Assembly: GCA_038230375.1 (NCBI GenBank)
Contig: JBBRNJ010000052.1
Coordinates: forward strand, 1-64,000
DNA length: 64,000 nt
Origin: Polyangiales bacterium
GTDB taxonomy: Bacteria; Myxococcota_A; Polyangia; Polyangiales; Polyangiaceae
Direction: 5' to 3'
The position numbers were made by a program, and so were the translations under genes. The notes below the pieces were generated by a model, which was not told the origin of the DNA, did not search any database, and saw only the letters and a list, made by a program, of their open reading frames with translations. Of the stretch, positions 8,815 through 17,697 are shown one piece after another (position 1 is the stretch's first letter; each line of letters starts with the position of its first letter).

Positions 8815-10246
8815 AGCGCAGGCGTGCTTTCGCCTTTGCCAGCGCGTCGTCGACCATCACCTGTTGCTCCGCGGGATCTTGCCAGCGGCGTTGCGTGTGC
8901 GTCGAGAGCTGGTGGAGCGGATCGAAGTAGAGGAAGTACTCGCCCGGCTTCACGCTCGGCGCCTGGTAGACGCTGATGCCGGTCTCGCGATCGTAGTACT
9001 CGTAGCTGTGTGCGTCGCGCTTGCCGCCGCCGCCTGGCGCGTCGACCACGAAGACCGGCGTGTTGAAGCCGGCGGTGCTGCCGCGCACGTGTTTTTCAAG
9101 GTAGATCGCGGTGTCCACGGAGGTGCGGAGGTCTTCCACGCCCTTCACCAGATCGTGCACGTAGACGTAGTACGGGTGCACGTTGACGTGGCCCAGGCGC
9201 TTCACCAGCAGCAGCATGGTCTCTGGCGCGTCGTTCACGCCGCGCTGGAGCACGCTCTGGTTGCGCACGAAGATGCCGCGCTCGAACAGCTTGTTCATGG
9301 CGTCTTCGGTGATGCCGGTGATCTCGTTCGGGTGATTGAAATGCGTGTGGAGTACAACTTCTTTGTGGAGCTTGCGGCCCTTCTCCACCACGCGCGTGAG
9401 CGCATCGACCCATGGGTCGTCGGTGAGGATCTTCTGCGGCATGACCGCGGGGCCCTTCGTCGCGAAGCGCATGCGGCGCACGTTCGGCATGTCGAGGAGT
9501 GACATGCCAATGTCCTCGAGCTGCTGCGCGCGGAGCTGGTAGGCGTCGCCGCCGGAAATGACGATGTCCTCGAGCTCGGGACGCGTGCGGATGTACGCGT
9601 AGGCCTGCTTCCAGCGCTCCTCGTTCGCCTTGAGGTTGACCTTCTCGACCTCCTCCGTGTCGATGCCGACGGCGTAGCTGCGCGTGCAGAAGCGGCAGTA
9701 CACGGGGCACGTGTCGAGCGGCAAAAATAGGGCTTTGTCGGTGTAGCGGTGCGTGAGGCCGGGGACGGGCGCGTCCTTCTGCTCGTGCAGCGAGTCGAGG
9801 TCGAGCTTGGGGTGATCGGCGAAGAGGCGGCTGCCGAGCGGCAGGAACTGCGTGCGGATCGGATCGCTGTACGGGTCGCTCCAGTCGATGAGTGAGAGCA
9901 TGTACGGGCTCACGCGAACGCTCATGGGCGCGTGCTTGAAGCCCTCTTCCGCGTCCGTCATGAAGGCGGACGACGCAAGGCCTTGCACGGTCTCGAGCAG
10001 CTTCGACACCTTCGTGATCGAGTGCTTCGCCTGCCACGTGTGATCGAGGAACGTCTTCTCGTCGATCGCCGCGTACGCGGGGATCTTCTGCCAGAACGGG
10101 CCACGCACCAGGTCCTTGTGCTTCAAGGTGGTGGGATCGACGGCCTGCTTCTTCGGCACGATCGGTTCCGCGCCAGCATTCTGGAGGACCTTGAGCGGGG
10201 TGTGCACGTGCGTGGAGGCTTTGCTCTCCGAGGTGTCGCTGGCCAT
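8813..10246 (-). CDS. KamA-family radical SAM aminomutase (lysine 2,3-aminomutase-like)
   Basis: LTHRYTDK, CPVYCRFC (CxxxCxxC), ISGGD, HFNHPNEIT, NQSVLQRGVND and the PLP-lysine motif DAPGGGGK. Confidence 0.9.
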   Translation of the reverse strand: MASDTSESKASTHVHTPLKVLQNAGAEPIVPKKQAVDPTTLKHKDLVRGPFWQKIPAYAAIDEKTFLDHTWQAKHSITKVSKLLETVQGLASSAFMTDAEEGFKHAPMSVRVSPYMLSLIDWSDPYSDPIRTQFLPLGSRLFADHPKLDLDSLHEQKDAPVPGLTHRYTDKALFLPLDTCPVYCRFCTRSYAVGIDTEEVEKVNLKANEERWKQAYAYIRTRPELEDIVISGGDAYQLRAQQLEDIGMSLLDMPNVRRMRFATKGPAVMPQKILTDDPWVDALTRVVEKGRKLHKEVVLHTHFNHPNEITGITEDAMNKLFERGIFVRNQSVLQRGVNDAPETMLLLVKRLGHVNVHPYYVYVHDLVKGVEDLRTSVDTAIYLEKHVRGSTAGFNTPVFVVDAPGGGGKRDAHSYEYYDRETGISVYQAPSVKPGEYFLYFDPLHQLSTHTQRRWQDPAEQQVMVDDALAKAKARLR

Positions 10247-10255
10247 CCTGCCGTT

Positions 10256-11455
10256 CTACCCAGCGGGTGGATGCGTAGGCAAGCTCGGCGCGGACATTTC
10301 AGGCGGCGCGCCGTAACGACGCGCTGCGCGATGCAGGCGGGACGCGATCTCCGCGGCGAATTCGGGTGGCTCTATGACGCGGGCCGCCTCACCGAAGCCA
10401 AGGACGAAGGTCGCGACCACCTCGCGGTTCACGAGGGGGAAAGAGAGGCGCACACGGCCATCCTTCGAGGTGAAGAGCTTCTGCGCGGGGTGTAGCTTCC
10501 GCGCGCGGATGTCCTCGCCCACGGCCGCGTCGAACTCCACCAGGGCGCGCTCGCTGGTCGGCGGGGCCACACCGAACGCGCCGTGCGTGTACGCGTTCAC
10601 GTCGAAGTCCGCCGGGATGAAGAACTTGTTCTTCTCCACGGCGCGCAGGTCACTGATCTTCTCGAAGGGGAGGACGCCGACCTGTTCCTTCCCGGCCTCG
10701 GGGCCCACGATGAAGAGGCTGCCGGAGAACTCGATGACCGCATACGGATGGAGCACCTGTCGTGGCGCACGCTCCCCCTTCGCGAGCCCGCGCTGCTCCC
10801 CGCGAAAAGAAAGCGGATGCAACATGGCGACGGCCTGGAACAAGGCGTCCATGTCATCGCCGCGTCCAGCCAGACTGCGCGCCGGCACCGGCAGGAGGAA
10901 GAAGCGCTCGTCGGTGCGAACATCCAGCACGGCCTCACCGACGGAGCCGCCGCGAGCAGCTCGGGCGCCGACCGCGCGGATCTGGTCGAGCGCAACGGAG
11001 AGCTCCTCGTAGAGGGCGGAGCCGCGCCAGGTGTCGAACACGCGCTTCGCGGAGAGGATCACGTACGCCTGCGTCCTGCGCAGCGTGACCGTGCGCGCGC
11101 GCTCGACCGGCTTGATTCGCCACCTGTGCGGACCCCCTGGGGTGGTGGGGATCGACTCGAGCGTGGTCACTTTTGAGAGCATCTCGAGATAGCGGCGAAC
11201 GGAGCGCTCCGTGATGCGCAGTGCACTCGCCAGATCGATGATCGCGATGCCGGAGGGCTCCTTCTCGAGGAGGTCGCGCAGGCGATCGAGCCGCTTCACC
11301 TGGGTGAACTGTCCGCTCGGACGGCCCGCGCGGATCTTCGGTTTCTGCGCGCGCGGCGTGGGGCGCTGCGGCGGAGTCTGCGAGCCGAACGGGAGCGTGG
11401 GTGCACGCTGCGGCGAGAGCGATGACGGCGCGCGTGTGTCGGGTGAGCCGGCCAT
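10256..11455 (-). CDS. HTH-WYL(-WCX) transcriptional regulator
   Basis: wHTH (LASALRITERSVRRYLEML), WYL-like LHPYAVIEFSGSLFIVG...FEKISD, FDVNAY..GAFGV, and WCX tail VLGFGEAARVIEPPE. Confidence 0.88.
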   Translation of the reverse strand: MAGSPDTRAPSSLSPQRAPTLPFGSQTPPQRPTPRAQKPKIRAGRPSGQFTQVKRLDRLRDLLEKEPSGIAIIDLASALRITERSVRRYLEMLSKVTTLESIPTTPGGPHRWRIKPVERARTVTLRRTQAYVILSAKRVFDTWRGSALYEELSVALDQIRAVGARAARGGSVGEAVLDVRTDERFFLLPVPARSLAGRGDDMDALFQAVAMLHPLSFRGEQRGLAKGERAPRQVLHPYAVIEFSGSLFIVGPEAGKEQVGVLPFEKISDLRAVEKNKFFIPADFDVNAYTHGAFGVAPPTSERALVEFDAAVGEDIRARKLHPAQKLFTSKDGRVRLSFPLVNREVVATFVLGFGEAARVIEPPEFAAEIASRLHRAARRYGAPPEMSAPSLPTHPPAG

Positions 11456-11459
11456 AGGC

Positions 11460-11987
11460 TCAGATCTTCCGTGCGCGGTCGTCGTTCTTGTACTTCGACT
11501 TGTATTCCTCGTGGCAGGTCCTGCACGAGGCCTTCGCAGCGCCGTAATCGCCTGATTTTCCCGCTGCGGCGCCGTCCGCGGAGATCTTCTCCCACTTGGG
11601 GTACGCGCCGGGCGGCGTCATCTTCGCGATCTGGTCCAGCACGACGCCGACCTTCGCCGCGTCGTTGCTCTGCATCGCGGGCTGCGCGTTCTTCTGCATC
11701 CACGCTTGCATCGGGCACGGGTTGGCCTTGGACCCGCATCCAGGGCCGCCGTCGGGCAGGGTCGTTGTGGCCGATGAGCCGCTCGGCTCTGGGGCCGCGC
11801 TGGGAGCTGCGCTCGCAACAGCACCCGCGCTCGCGGTGGCGGCTGTCCCTCCGGTGGTCGCCGGTGTGACCGCAGGCGCCGCGCTCGCGGAGCCAGCGGG
11901 CTCCGTGCCAGCGGGATTCTTGTTGTCACAGGCGAAACATGAAATCGTGACGACTCCAGCGGCCAAGAGGAATGCTCGCAGGTTCAT
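11460..11987 (-). CDS. Lipoprotein with C-terminal CxxCH (cytochrome c'-like)
   Basis: Real start MNLRAFLL... at the 3' end of the 685-aa track ORF; lipobox FAC; Ala/Pro/Thr linker; helical domain ending ASCRTCHEEYK. Confidence 0.72.
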   Translation of the reverse strand: MNLRAFLLAAGVVTISCFACDNKNPAGTEPAGSASAAPAVTPATTGGTAATASAGAVASAAPSAAPEPSGSSATTTLPDGGPGCGSKANPCPMQAWMQKNAQPAMQSNDAAKVGVVLDQIAKMTPPGAYPKWEKISADGAAAGKSGDYGAAKASCRTCHEEYKSKYKNDDRARKI

Positions 11988-12017
11988 GGCGCCACTGACC
12001 TTACCGGATTTTTCATC

Positions 12018-13331
12018 ATGACCGTCAGCCTCGTCGAGCTCATCGCCAAGAAACGCGACAACGTCCGCCTCTCCGGCGACGAGATCAAGCGGATCATCGC
12101 CGGCTACATGGACGGCTGCTTCGCGGACTACCAGATGTCGGCGGTCCTCATGGCGGCGTTCCTCAACCCGCTGGATGACGCGGAGACGGTGGCGCTGACG
12201 GAGGCCATGCTCCATTCCGGCGACGTGCTGAAGCTCGCGAGCGTCCCCGGCTTCAAGGTCGACAAGCACTCCACGGGTGGCGTGGGCGACAAGATCTCCA
12301 TCGCGCTGGCGCCGCTCGTGGCCGCATGCGGCGTTCCGGTGCCCATGGTGAGCGGGCGCGGGCTGGGCCACACGGGAGGCACGCTCGACAAGCTCGAGGC
12401 GATCCCGGGGTTCCGCACGGACCTCTCCACGGCTGATTTCGAGCGCATCGTGCGCGAAGTGGGCACGTGCATGATCGGCCAGACCAAGGAGATCGCGCCT
12501 GCGGACAAGCGCATCTACGGGCTGCGCGACGTGACCTCCACGGTGGAGTCGATCCCGCTCATCGTCGCTTCGATCCTGTCGAAGAAGCTCGCGGAGGGCA
12601 TCGACGGGCTCGTGCTGGACGTGAAGGTCGGCAAGGGCGCATTCATGAAGGACGAGGCGAGCGCGCGACGGCTCGCAGAGGCGCTCGTTCGCGTGGGGAC
12701 GCGCGCTGGCAAGAAGGTCGTCGCGCTGCTGACGCGCATGGACGCGCCCATTGGCTACGCGGTCGGCAATGCCAACGAGACCATCGAGGCGATCGACGTG
12801 CTCCGCGGCATGGCGCCAGAGGACACCACGGAGTGCACGCTCGCGCTGGGCGCGGAGATGCTCGTGATGGGCGGCAAGGCGACGGACGTGACGGCCGCGC
12901 GAGCGCTCATGGATGCGGCGATCAAGGATGGCTCCGCCCTGCGCACGCTGGAGAAGATGATCACTGCGCAGCATGGCGATCCCCGTGTGGTGACGGACCG
13001 CTCGCTGTTCCCGCAGGCGCCGGTCACCTATCCCGTCGCGCCGATTCGCAACGGGTACGTCATGGAGATCGACTCGCACGAGATCGGCCTCTGCGCCGTG
13101 CAGATGGGCGCCGGGCGGACGCGTGCGGATCAGGCCGTGGACCACGCCGTTGGCATCGACATCGTGAAGAAGCCGGGCGCGCGCGTGGGTGACGGTGACT
13201 ACGTGGCGTTCCTGCGAACGCGAACGAAGGCGCAAGCGGACGCGGTCTACGATCGCGTGCAGAATGCATTCAAGATCGGGGACGAGCAGATCGAGCCCCT
13301 GCCGCTGGTGATCGACCGCATCACGGGGTGA
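12018..13331 (+). CDS. pdp: Thymidine/pyrimidine-nucleoside phosphorylase
   Basis: VDKHSTGGVGDK, SGRGLGHTGGTLDKLE, SILSKK and DVKVGKGAFMK motifs. Confidence 0.95.
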   Translation: MTVSLVELIAKKRDNVRLSGDEIKRIIAGYMDGCFADYQMSAVLMAAFLNPLDDAETVALTEAMLHSGDVLKLASVPGFKVDKHSTGGVGDKISIALAPLVAACGVPVPMVSGRGLGHTGGTLDKLEAIPGFRTDLSTADFERIVREVGTCMIGQTKEIAPADKRIYGLRDVTSTVESIPLIVASILSKKLAEGIDGLVLDVKVGKGAFMKDEASARRLAEALVRVGTRAGKKVVALLTRMDAPIGYAVGNANETIEAIDVLRGMAPEDTTECTLALGAEMLVMGGKATDVTAARALMDAAIKDGSALRTLEKMITAQHGDPRVVTDRSLFPQAPVTYPVAPIRNGYVMEIDSHEIGLCAVQMGAGRTRADQAVDHAVGIDIVKKPGARVGDGDYVAFLRTRTKAQADAVYDRVQNAFKIGDEQIEPLPLVIDRITG

Positions 13332-13340
13332 TGGGGAAGA

Positions 13341-13392
13341 CGACTTCGACTTCGACTTCGACTTCGACTTCGACCTCGACCTCGACCTCGAC
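13341..13392 (+). repeat. (CGACTT)5(CGACCT)3 hexamer array
   Basis: Read directly; starts 9 nt after the pdp stop. Confidence 0.95.
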
Positions 13393-13465
13393 GAATGGGT
13401 TGCGTCGCGCGAACCTTCTGCGTGCTGCCGCGGCACGCGCGTGGTGGTTTCCGTGGGTTTTCTGG

Positions 13466-13481
13466 CGGCACGGCGGATGCA
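13466..13481 (+). promoter_or_regulatory. Candidate sigma54 promoter
   Basis: CGGCACG-GCGG-ATGCA (GG-N10-GC), about 35 nt before ATG 13516, which has a GGAG RBS. Confidence 0.45.
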
Positions 13482-13515
13482 CCCGGTGGCTTCGATTCTC
13501 TCGATCGGAGCCACC

Positions 13516-14061
13516 ATGTTTCACCGTATTTTTGCCGCTGGAATGCTCGTGATGGTGTTTGGTTGTGCGGGGCCTGCGCAGCCTGCGGCAGCACCAGCCA
13601 CCAGCGCCGCGGCGACGCCGGGGATTGCGAGCACCCAGTCCAGCAACAGCGTCGAGGGTGCGAAGAGCACGGAGGTCAGGGAGTGCCAGCTTTACTGCGA
13701 GGCGCCGCAGATGGTGCCGCGCGCGTCGCTGGAGCCCAACTACACGAAGGAGGAGACGGACAACGCTAGCCGTGTGCTGGACTCGATGAAGGACGATCTC
13801 ATCGCTTGCTACAAGAAGCGGCTGCGCATGAACCCGAATGCGCATGGCTTCATCACGGTGGACATCCTGGTCGGAGCGGATGGCTCGGTGCTGAAGACGG
13901 AGACGACGGGCGGCGCGGTGCTCGGACAAGAGACCATGGGGTGCATCGTGAAGCGCGTGGAGAAGGCAACGTTCCAGAAGCCGCACGGCGGCGGCACTTT
14001 GCACATCCGCGTGCCGTTCAGCCTTCGCAAGGTGAACCCGGAAGAGGACGACTCGATCTGA
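13516..14061 (+). CDS. Lipoprotein with AgmX/PglI-type (TonB-C-like) C-terminal domain
   Basis: Lipobox FGC; CYKKRLRMNPNAHGFITVDILVGADGSV...CIVKRVEKATF.KP.GGG....VPF pattern. Confidence 0.72.
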   Translation: MFHRIFAAGMLVMVFGCAGPAQPAAAPATSAAATPGIASTQSSNSVEGAKSTEVRECQLYCEAPQMVPRASLEPNYTKEETDNASRVLDSMKDDLIACYKKRLRMNPNAHGFITVDILVGADGSVLKTETTGGAVLGQETMGCIVKRVEKATFQKPHGGGTLHIRVPFSLRKVNPEEDDSI

Positions 14062-14097
14062 CGAGCGCTGCAACCTGCGTCGCGCTACGTTCTCGTT

Positions 14098-14802
14098 GTG
14101 CTCCTTCGGCGCTGCGCAGTCCTGGTGGCGAGCCTCACCTCCTTGCTCGCGTGCGGCAAGCCCGCTGAGACCAGCCAGGCGCCGATGAGCCCAGCGCAGC
14201 AGCCGGAGCAGCCGGACAACCCGAGCCAGCAGCGAATGGTGAAGGGAGGAACGGCGCGTGCGATCGCGGATGACGCCCCGCTCGTCGAAGGCTCGGTCAC
14301 GTTCGAGGGGATCGTTCGTCCGGTGAAGGGCGGCTACGACGTGCGTGGTGTCGCGTTCGACGAGCCAGAGTTTCGGCGGTGGATGGCGGCGACGACCAAC
14401 GACGGCATCCCGAAGGACGCCGAGTGGTTCCTGGGCGCGCGCGTGCGCGTGGTCGCGGTGCTCGTGCAGCACCGGCCTGCACCACCACACGATGGGCCAG
14501 CCATGCAGACCCGAGGTGGGATGTTCTTCTCGGCGTCACGCATCGGCGAGATCGTGCTCGTCAAGAACGCAGAGACCATCGAAGGGGAGCTCGGTCGCTC
14601 CAAGGGGATGTTCACGCTCGCGGGCCATCTCATCACGCCGGGCGATCTGGCGTGGTCGCTCTCGCCCACGGGAGGCAAGGCAGGCGACCGCGTCCGCCTG
14701 CGTGGGCAATCGCGGACCTACGTGTGCCCGACGGACGCGCAATGCCTGATCGGCGGCTCGCTCCCGATGTTCGACGTAGCCCAAGCAGACCGACTCCCAT
14801 AA
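14098..14802 (+). CDS. Hypothetical lipoprotein
   Basis: Lipobox LLAC; plausible high-GC codon pattern. Confidence 0.65.
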   Translation: MLLRRCAVLVASLTSLLACGKPAETSQAPMSPAQQPEQPDNPSQQRMVKGGTARAIADDAPLVEGSVTFEGIVRPVKGGYDVRGVAFDEPEFRRWMAATTNDGIPKDAEWFLGARVRVVAVLVQHRPAPPHDGPAMQTRGGMFFSASRIGEIVLVKNAETIEGELGRSKGMFTLAGHLITPGDLAWSLSPTGGKAGDRVRLRGQSRTYVCPTDAQCLIGGSLPMFDVAQADRLP

Positions 14803-14858
14803 ACCACCCCAATCGACCCTGTTTTCCAGTGTGTTTGAGTTGGCGATTGTCCGCTCGG

Positions 14859-15001
14859 AAACAGCGTCGGATTGGGCGCGAGACGCCCGCCAGGCGGAGC
14901 TTCGGTCGAGCACGGAGCGCAGCGACCTCTTGGTCGTGAGCACCGCGCGCAGACCGAAGGTTCGCCTGGCGGGATGTATCGCGTCCAAGGCGATGCTGTT
15001 T
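14859..15001. repeat. 143-bp imperfect palindromic element (MITE/REP-like)
   Basis: Arms of about 70 bp: AAACAGCGTCG...CCCGCCAGGCG..CTTCGGTC...CGACC-TCTT-GGTCG...GACCGAAG..CGCCTGGCGGG...CGATGCTGTTT. Confidence 0.85.
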
Positions 15002-15581
15002 ACCCTTCTGGCACGAACCAGGCGAAGAGCAGCGACCCGGTTGATGGATCCATGTAGCCGAGGATCTCGTTGAAGACGCTCACCTTGGCGCGCACCTCCC
15101 AGCACTGACCGCCACGATCGAGCGAAGGAGGCGCGGCAAAGAGAATGAGATCGTTCTCCTTGGGCCCGAGCGTATCGATCACGCGCCGCATGCCTTCGCG
15201 GCAAGCGAGCTTGCTCGCGTGAAGATTTTTCTTGTCGGCAACGGAGCTCGCAAGACTCACCCGCCCCTGGTTCGCCGGAAGAATCTCCTCCACAAAAGCC
15301 TGCTGAAAAGCAGCGATCGCAGCCGCCTCGGTCAAGAGGCGACCACGGGCGCGGCCAGGCAATGTCGGGGTCGGGGTCGGGGTCGCCGTTGTCGGACTCG
15401 TCGTCACTGTCGCCGTCGAGGTCGAGGTCGAGGTCGAGGTCGGGGTCGGGGTCGGGGTCGAAGTCGGGGTCGGGGTCGGGGTCGAGGTCGAGGTCGCGGT
15501 CGAGGTCGGACTCTTCGTCGACGTCGGCGCTTCGCGGTTGCACGCGAGCACCATCACGACGCCGACGACTCCTCTCCTCAC
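15000..15581 (-). CDS. Lipoprotein with Ser/Thr/Pro linker
   Basis: Lipobox VLAC; GTGA overlap with the metG stop; STSTPTPTP linker. Confidence 0.65.
   Translation of the reverse strand: MRRGVVGVVMVLACNREAPTSTKSPTSTATSTSTPTPTPTSTPTPTPTSTSTSTSTATVTTSPTTATPTPTPTLPGRARGRLLTEAAAIAAFQQAFVEEILPANQGRVSLASSVADKKNLHASKLACREGMRRVIDTLGPKENDLILFAAPPSLDRGGQCWEVRAKVSVFNEILGYMDPSTGSLLFAWFVPEG
15364..15509 (-). repeat. Coding hexamer repeats (CGACCY)n encoding the ST/PT linker
   Basis: GTCGRG tandem units at 15364-15385 and 15415-15509 on the plus strand. Confidence 0.9.
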
Positions 15582-17611
15582 TTGAGGCGCGCTCCTGCTG
15601 GGACATCGCCTGGCACTGTCGCCAGCGTCAGCGCCTCGCTTGGCCCCGTCGCCAGAAGCATCCCGTGCGAGACCATGCCTTTGCCAAAATCTCGCGGCGC
15701 AAGGTTCGCTACGACGACCACACGCTTGCCCACGAGCGCCTCCGGCGTGAACGTGAGCGCTAGCCCCGCGATGATCGTGCGCGGCGCGGCCTCGCCCAGA
15801 TCGACGGTGAGCTTGAGCAGCTTGTCCTTCTTCGGCACTTTTTCCGCGGTGGCAACGATGCCCACGCGCAGATCCACGGACTCGAATCGGGCGTAGTCGA
15901 TCTCGGGCGCGACGCCGGTGGCGGCTGCCTCCGTTCCTCCTGCTGCCGGCGCCGCCTGCCCTCTCTCCTTCAGTGTGTCGGGCGGCGCGACCGTCTTCGA
16001 CGGCGGGTTTTGCCGAGGCTCGTTCTCGGGCGGCGGCACCAGCTTCGCGAGCAGCGTCGCGACCTGATCCTTGTCGTACGTCGGAAACAGCGGCGTGCCT
16101 GGCGCGAGCGCCTCAGCGGCCGCGCGAGGGGCGAACTTTGCGGGGAACAGATCCTCGCCCACCTTCGGCGCGAGCGGCGGAAGGCCGAGCTGCGCGCGCA
16201 TCTCGGCGCTCTTCTTCGGCATCGCGGGCCAGATCATGACGGAGAGCGCGCGGAGCACTTCCAGCAGCGACGCGAGCGTCGTGTGGAGGCGCGCGGTGTC
16301 GTTGTTCTTCGCGAGCGCCCACGGAGCTGCGCGGTCCACATACGTGTTGGCTAGCGACGACAGCGCCATCGTGGCCTCGAGCGCGCGGTGCGGCGCGATC
16401 TCCTCCCACGCCGTGCGCGCATTGCCAACCTCGAGCTCGAAGCCCTTCTCGAGCTCCTCCTCGAGCAGCGTCTTCTCGCCGAACGCCGGTGTCTTCCCCT
16501 CGGTGAACTTCACGCACAGGCCCAGCGTGCGTGAGAGCAAATTGCCAAGGTTCTTTCCGAGATCCGCGTTGTAGCGCTCGAGCATGGCCGCGTGATCGAA
16601 GTCTCCGTCCAGGCCGAACGAGATCGCGCGGAGCAGCTGGTAGCGCAGCGTGTCGGCGCCCAGCTCCTCGGCGAGGCGGAGCGGGTCCACAGCATTGCGC
16701 AGCGACTTGCTCATCTTGTGGCCGTCGATCGTGAGGAAGCCGTGCGCGTAGACCGTGTGGGGCAGCTCAGAATCCTTGTATCCTGCAGCCATCAGGAACG
16801 CCGGCCAGAAGATCGCGTGGAAGCGCAGGATGTCCTTGCCGACCATGTGCACGACCTTGGCGTTCGGCGCCCAGAACCGCGCGAGCTCGCCCGAGCCGAG
16901 CGCGCTGCGGTAGTTCGAGAGCGCATCGAACCACACGTACATGACGTGCTTCTCGTTGCCGGGGACAGGGATGCCCCACGTGAAGCTTGTGCGCGAGCAC
17001 GACAGATCTTCGAGCCCGCCGTTCACGAACGAGAGCACCTCGTTGCGGCGCGACTCTGGCTGGATGAACTGCGGGTGCGACGCATAGAACGCGAGCAAGC
17101 GGTCCTGGTACTTCGACAGCTTGAAGAAGTACGTCCGCTCCTTCACGCGCTCGACCGCCTTCTTGTGGAGCGGGCAGAGATTGCCGGGCTGCTCGAGCTC
17201 CTTCTCGGTCTTGTACGATTCGCAGCCGACGCAGTACCAGGCCTCGTAGTCGCCCTCGTAGAGATCGCCCGTGGCCTCGATCTTCTTCCAGAGCTCCTTC
17301 ACGAAGGCCTCGTGATCCGGATCGGTGGAGCGGATGAAGCGATCCGTCACCACGTCGAGCTTGGGCCACGCCTCGCGGAAGCGCTCGCTGATGCGATCGC
17401 AGAACGCCTTGGGGTCCATCTTCTCCTCGGCCGCGACGCGCTCGATCTTTTGGCCGTGCTCATCCGTGCCGGTGAGGAAGTAGGTTTCTTCGCCGATGAT
17501 CTGGTGATAGCGGCGCAGCGCATCGCAGATCACGGTGGTGTACGCGGTGCCTAGATGCGGCACGTCGTTCACGTAGTAGATGGGCGTGGTGACGTAGAAG
17601 CGCTTCGCCAT
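15578..17611 (-). CDS. metG: Methionine--tRNA ligase with C-terminal tRNA-binding domain
   Basis: YVTTPIYYVNDVPHLG, GTDEHGQK, CVGC..CPLH knuckle, YVWFDAL, KMSKS, C-terminal OB fold (VDLRVG...VVANLAPR). Confidence 0.97.
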   Translation of the reverse strand: MAKRFYVTTPIYYVNDVPHLGTAYTTVICDALRRYHQIIGEETYFLTGTDEHGQKIERVAAEEKMDPKAFCDRISERFREAWPKLDVVTDRFIRSTDPDHEAFVKELWKKIEATGDLYEGDYEAWYCVGCESYKTEKELEQPGNLCPLHKKAVERVKERTYFFKLSKYQDRLLAFYASHPQFIQPESRRNEVLSFVNGGLEDLSCSRTSFTWGIPVPGNEKHVMYVWFDALSNYRSALGSGELARFWAPNAKVVHMVGKDILRFHAIFWPAFLMAAGYKDSELPHTVYAHGFLTIDGHKMSKSLRNAVDPLRLAEELGADTLRYQLLRAISFGLDGDFDHAAMLERYNADLGKNLGNLLSRTLGLCVKFTEGKTPAFGEKTLLEEELEKGFELEVGNARTAWEEIAPHRALEATMALSSLANTYVDRAAPWALAKNNDTARLHTTLASLLEVLRALSVMIWPAMPKKSAEMRAQLGLPPLAPKVGEDLFPAKFAPRAAAEALAPGTPLFPTYDKDQVATLLAKLVPPPENEPRQNPPSKTVAPPDTLKERGQAAPAAGGTEAAATGVAPEIDYARFESVDLRVGIVATAEKVPKKDKLLKLTVDLGEAAPRTIIAGLALTFTPEALVGKRVVVVANLAPRDFGKGMVSHGMLLATGPSEALTLATVPGDVPAGARLK

Positions 17612-17697
17612 GATGGGGCGCTAGTTATCGCACGCGCGCCCGCTTTTCCACGGACGAAACGAAACACCGAAAAATGCCGCTCGGCGCAGCGACGCGC

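Noticed and set aside
8813..10246. Calling the KamA-family gene epmB or kamA
   Set aside because: It is longer than typical EpmB, has no efp/epmA or lysine-fermentation neighbours, and substrate cannot be read from sequence.
11460..13517. 685-aa minus-strand ORF as a single gene
   Set aside because: Most of it is the antisense shadow of pdp; only the last 175 codons look like a real protein.
13328..13552. ST-repeat ORF overlapping the pdp stop (likewise the DL/ST/RPR ORFs at 54300-56214)
   Set aside because: These frames are open because the hexamer has no stop codon; there are no other coding features and they overlap real genes or promoters.
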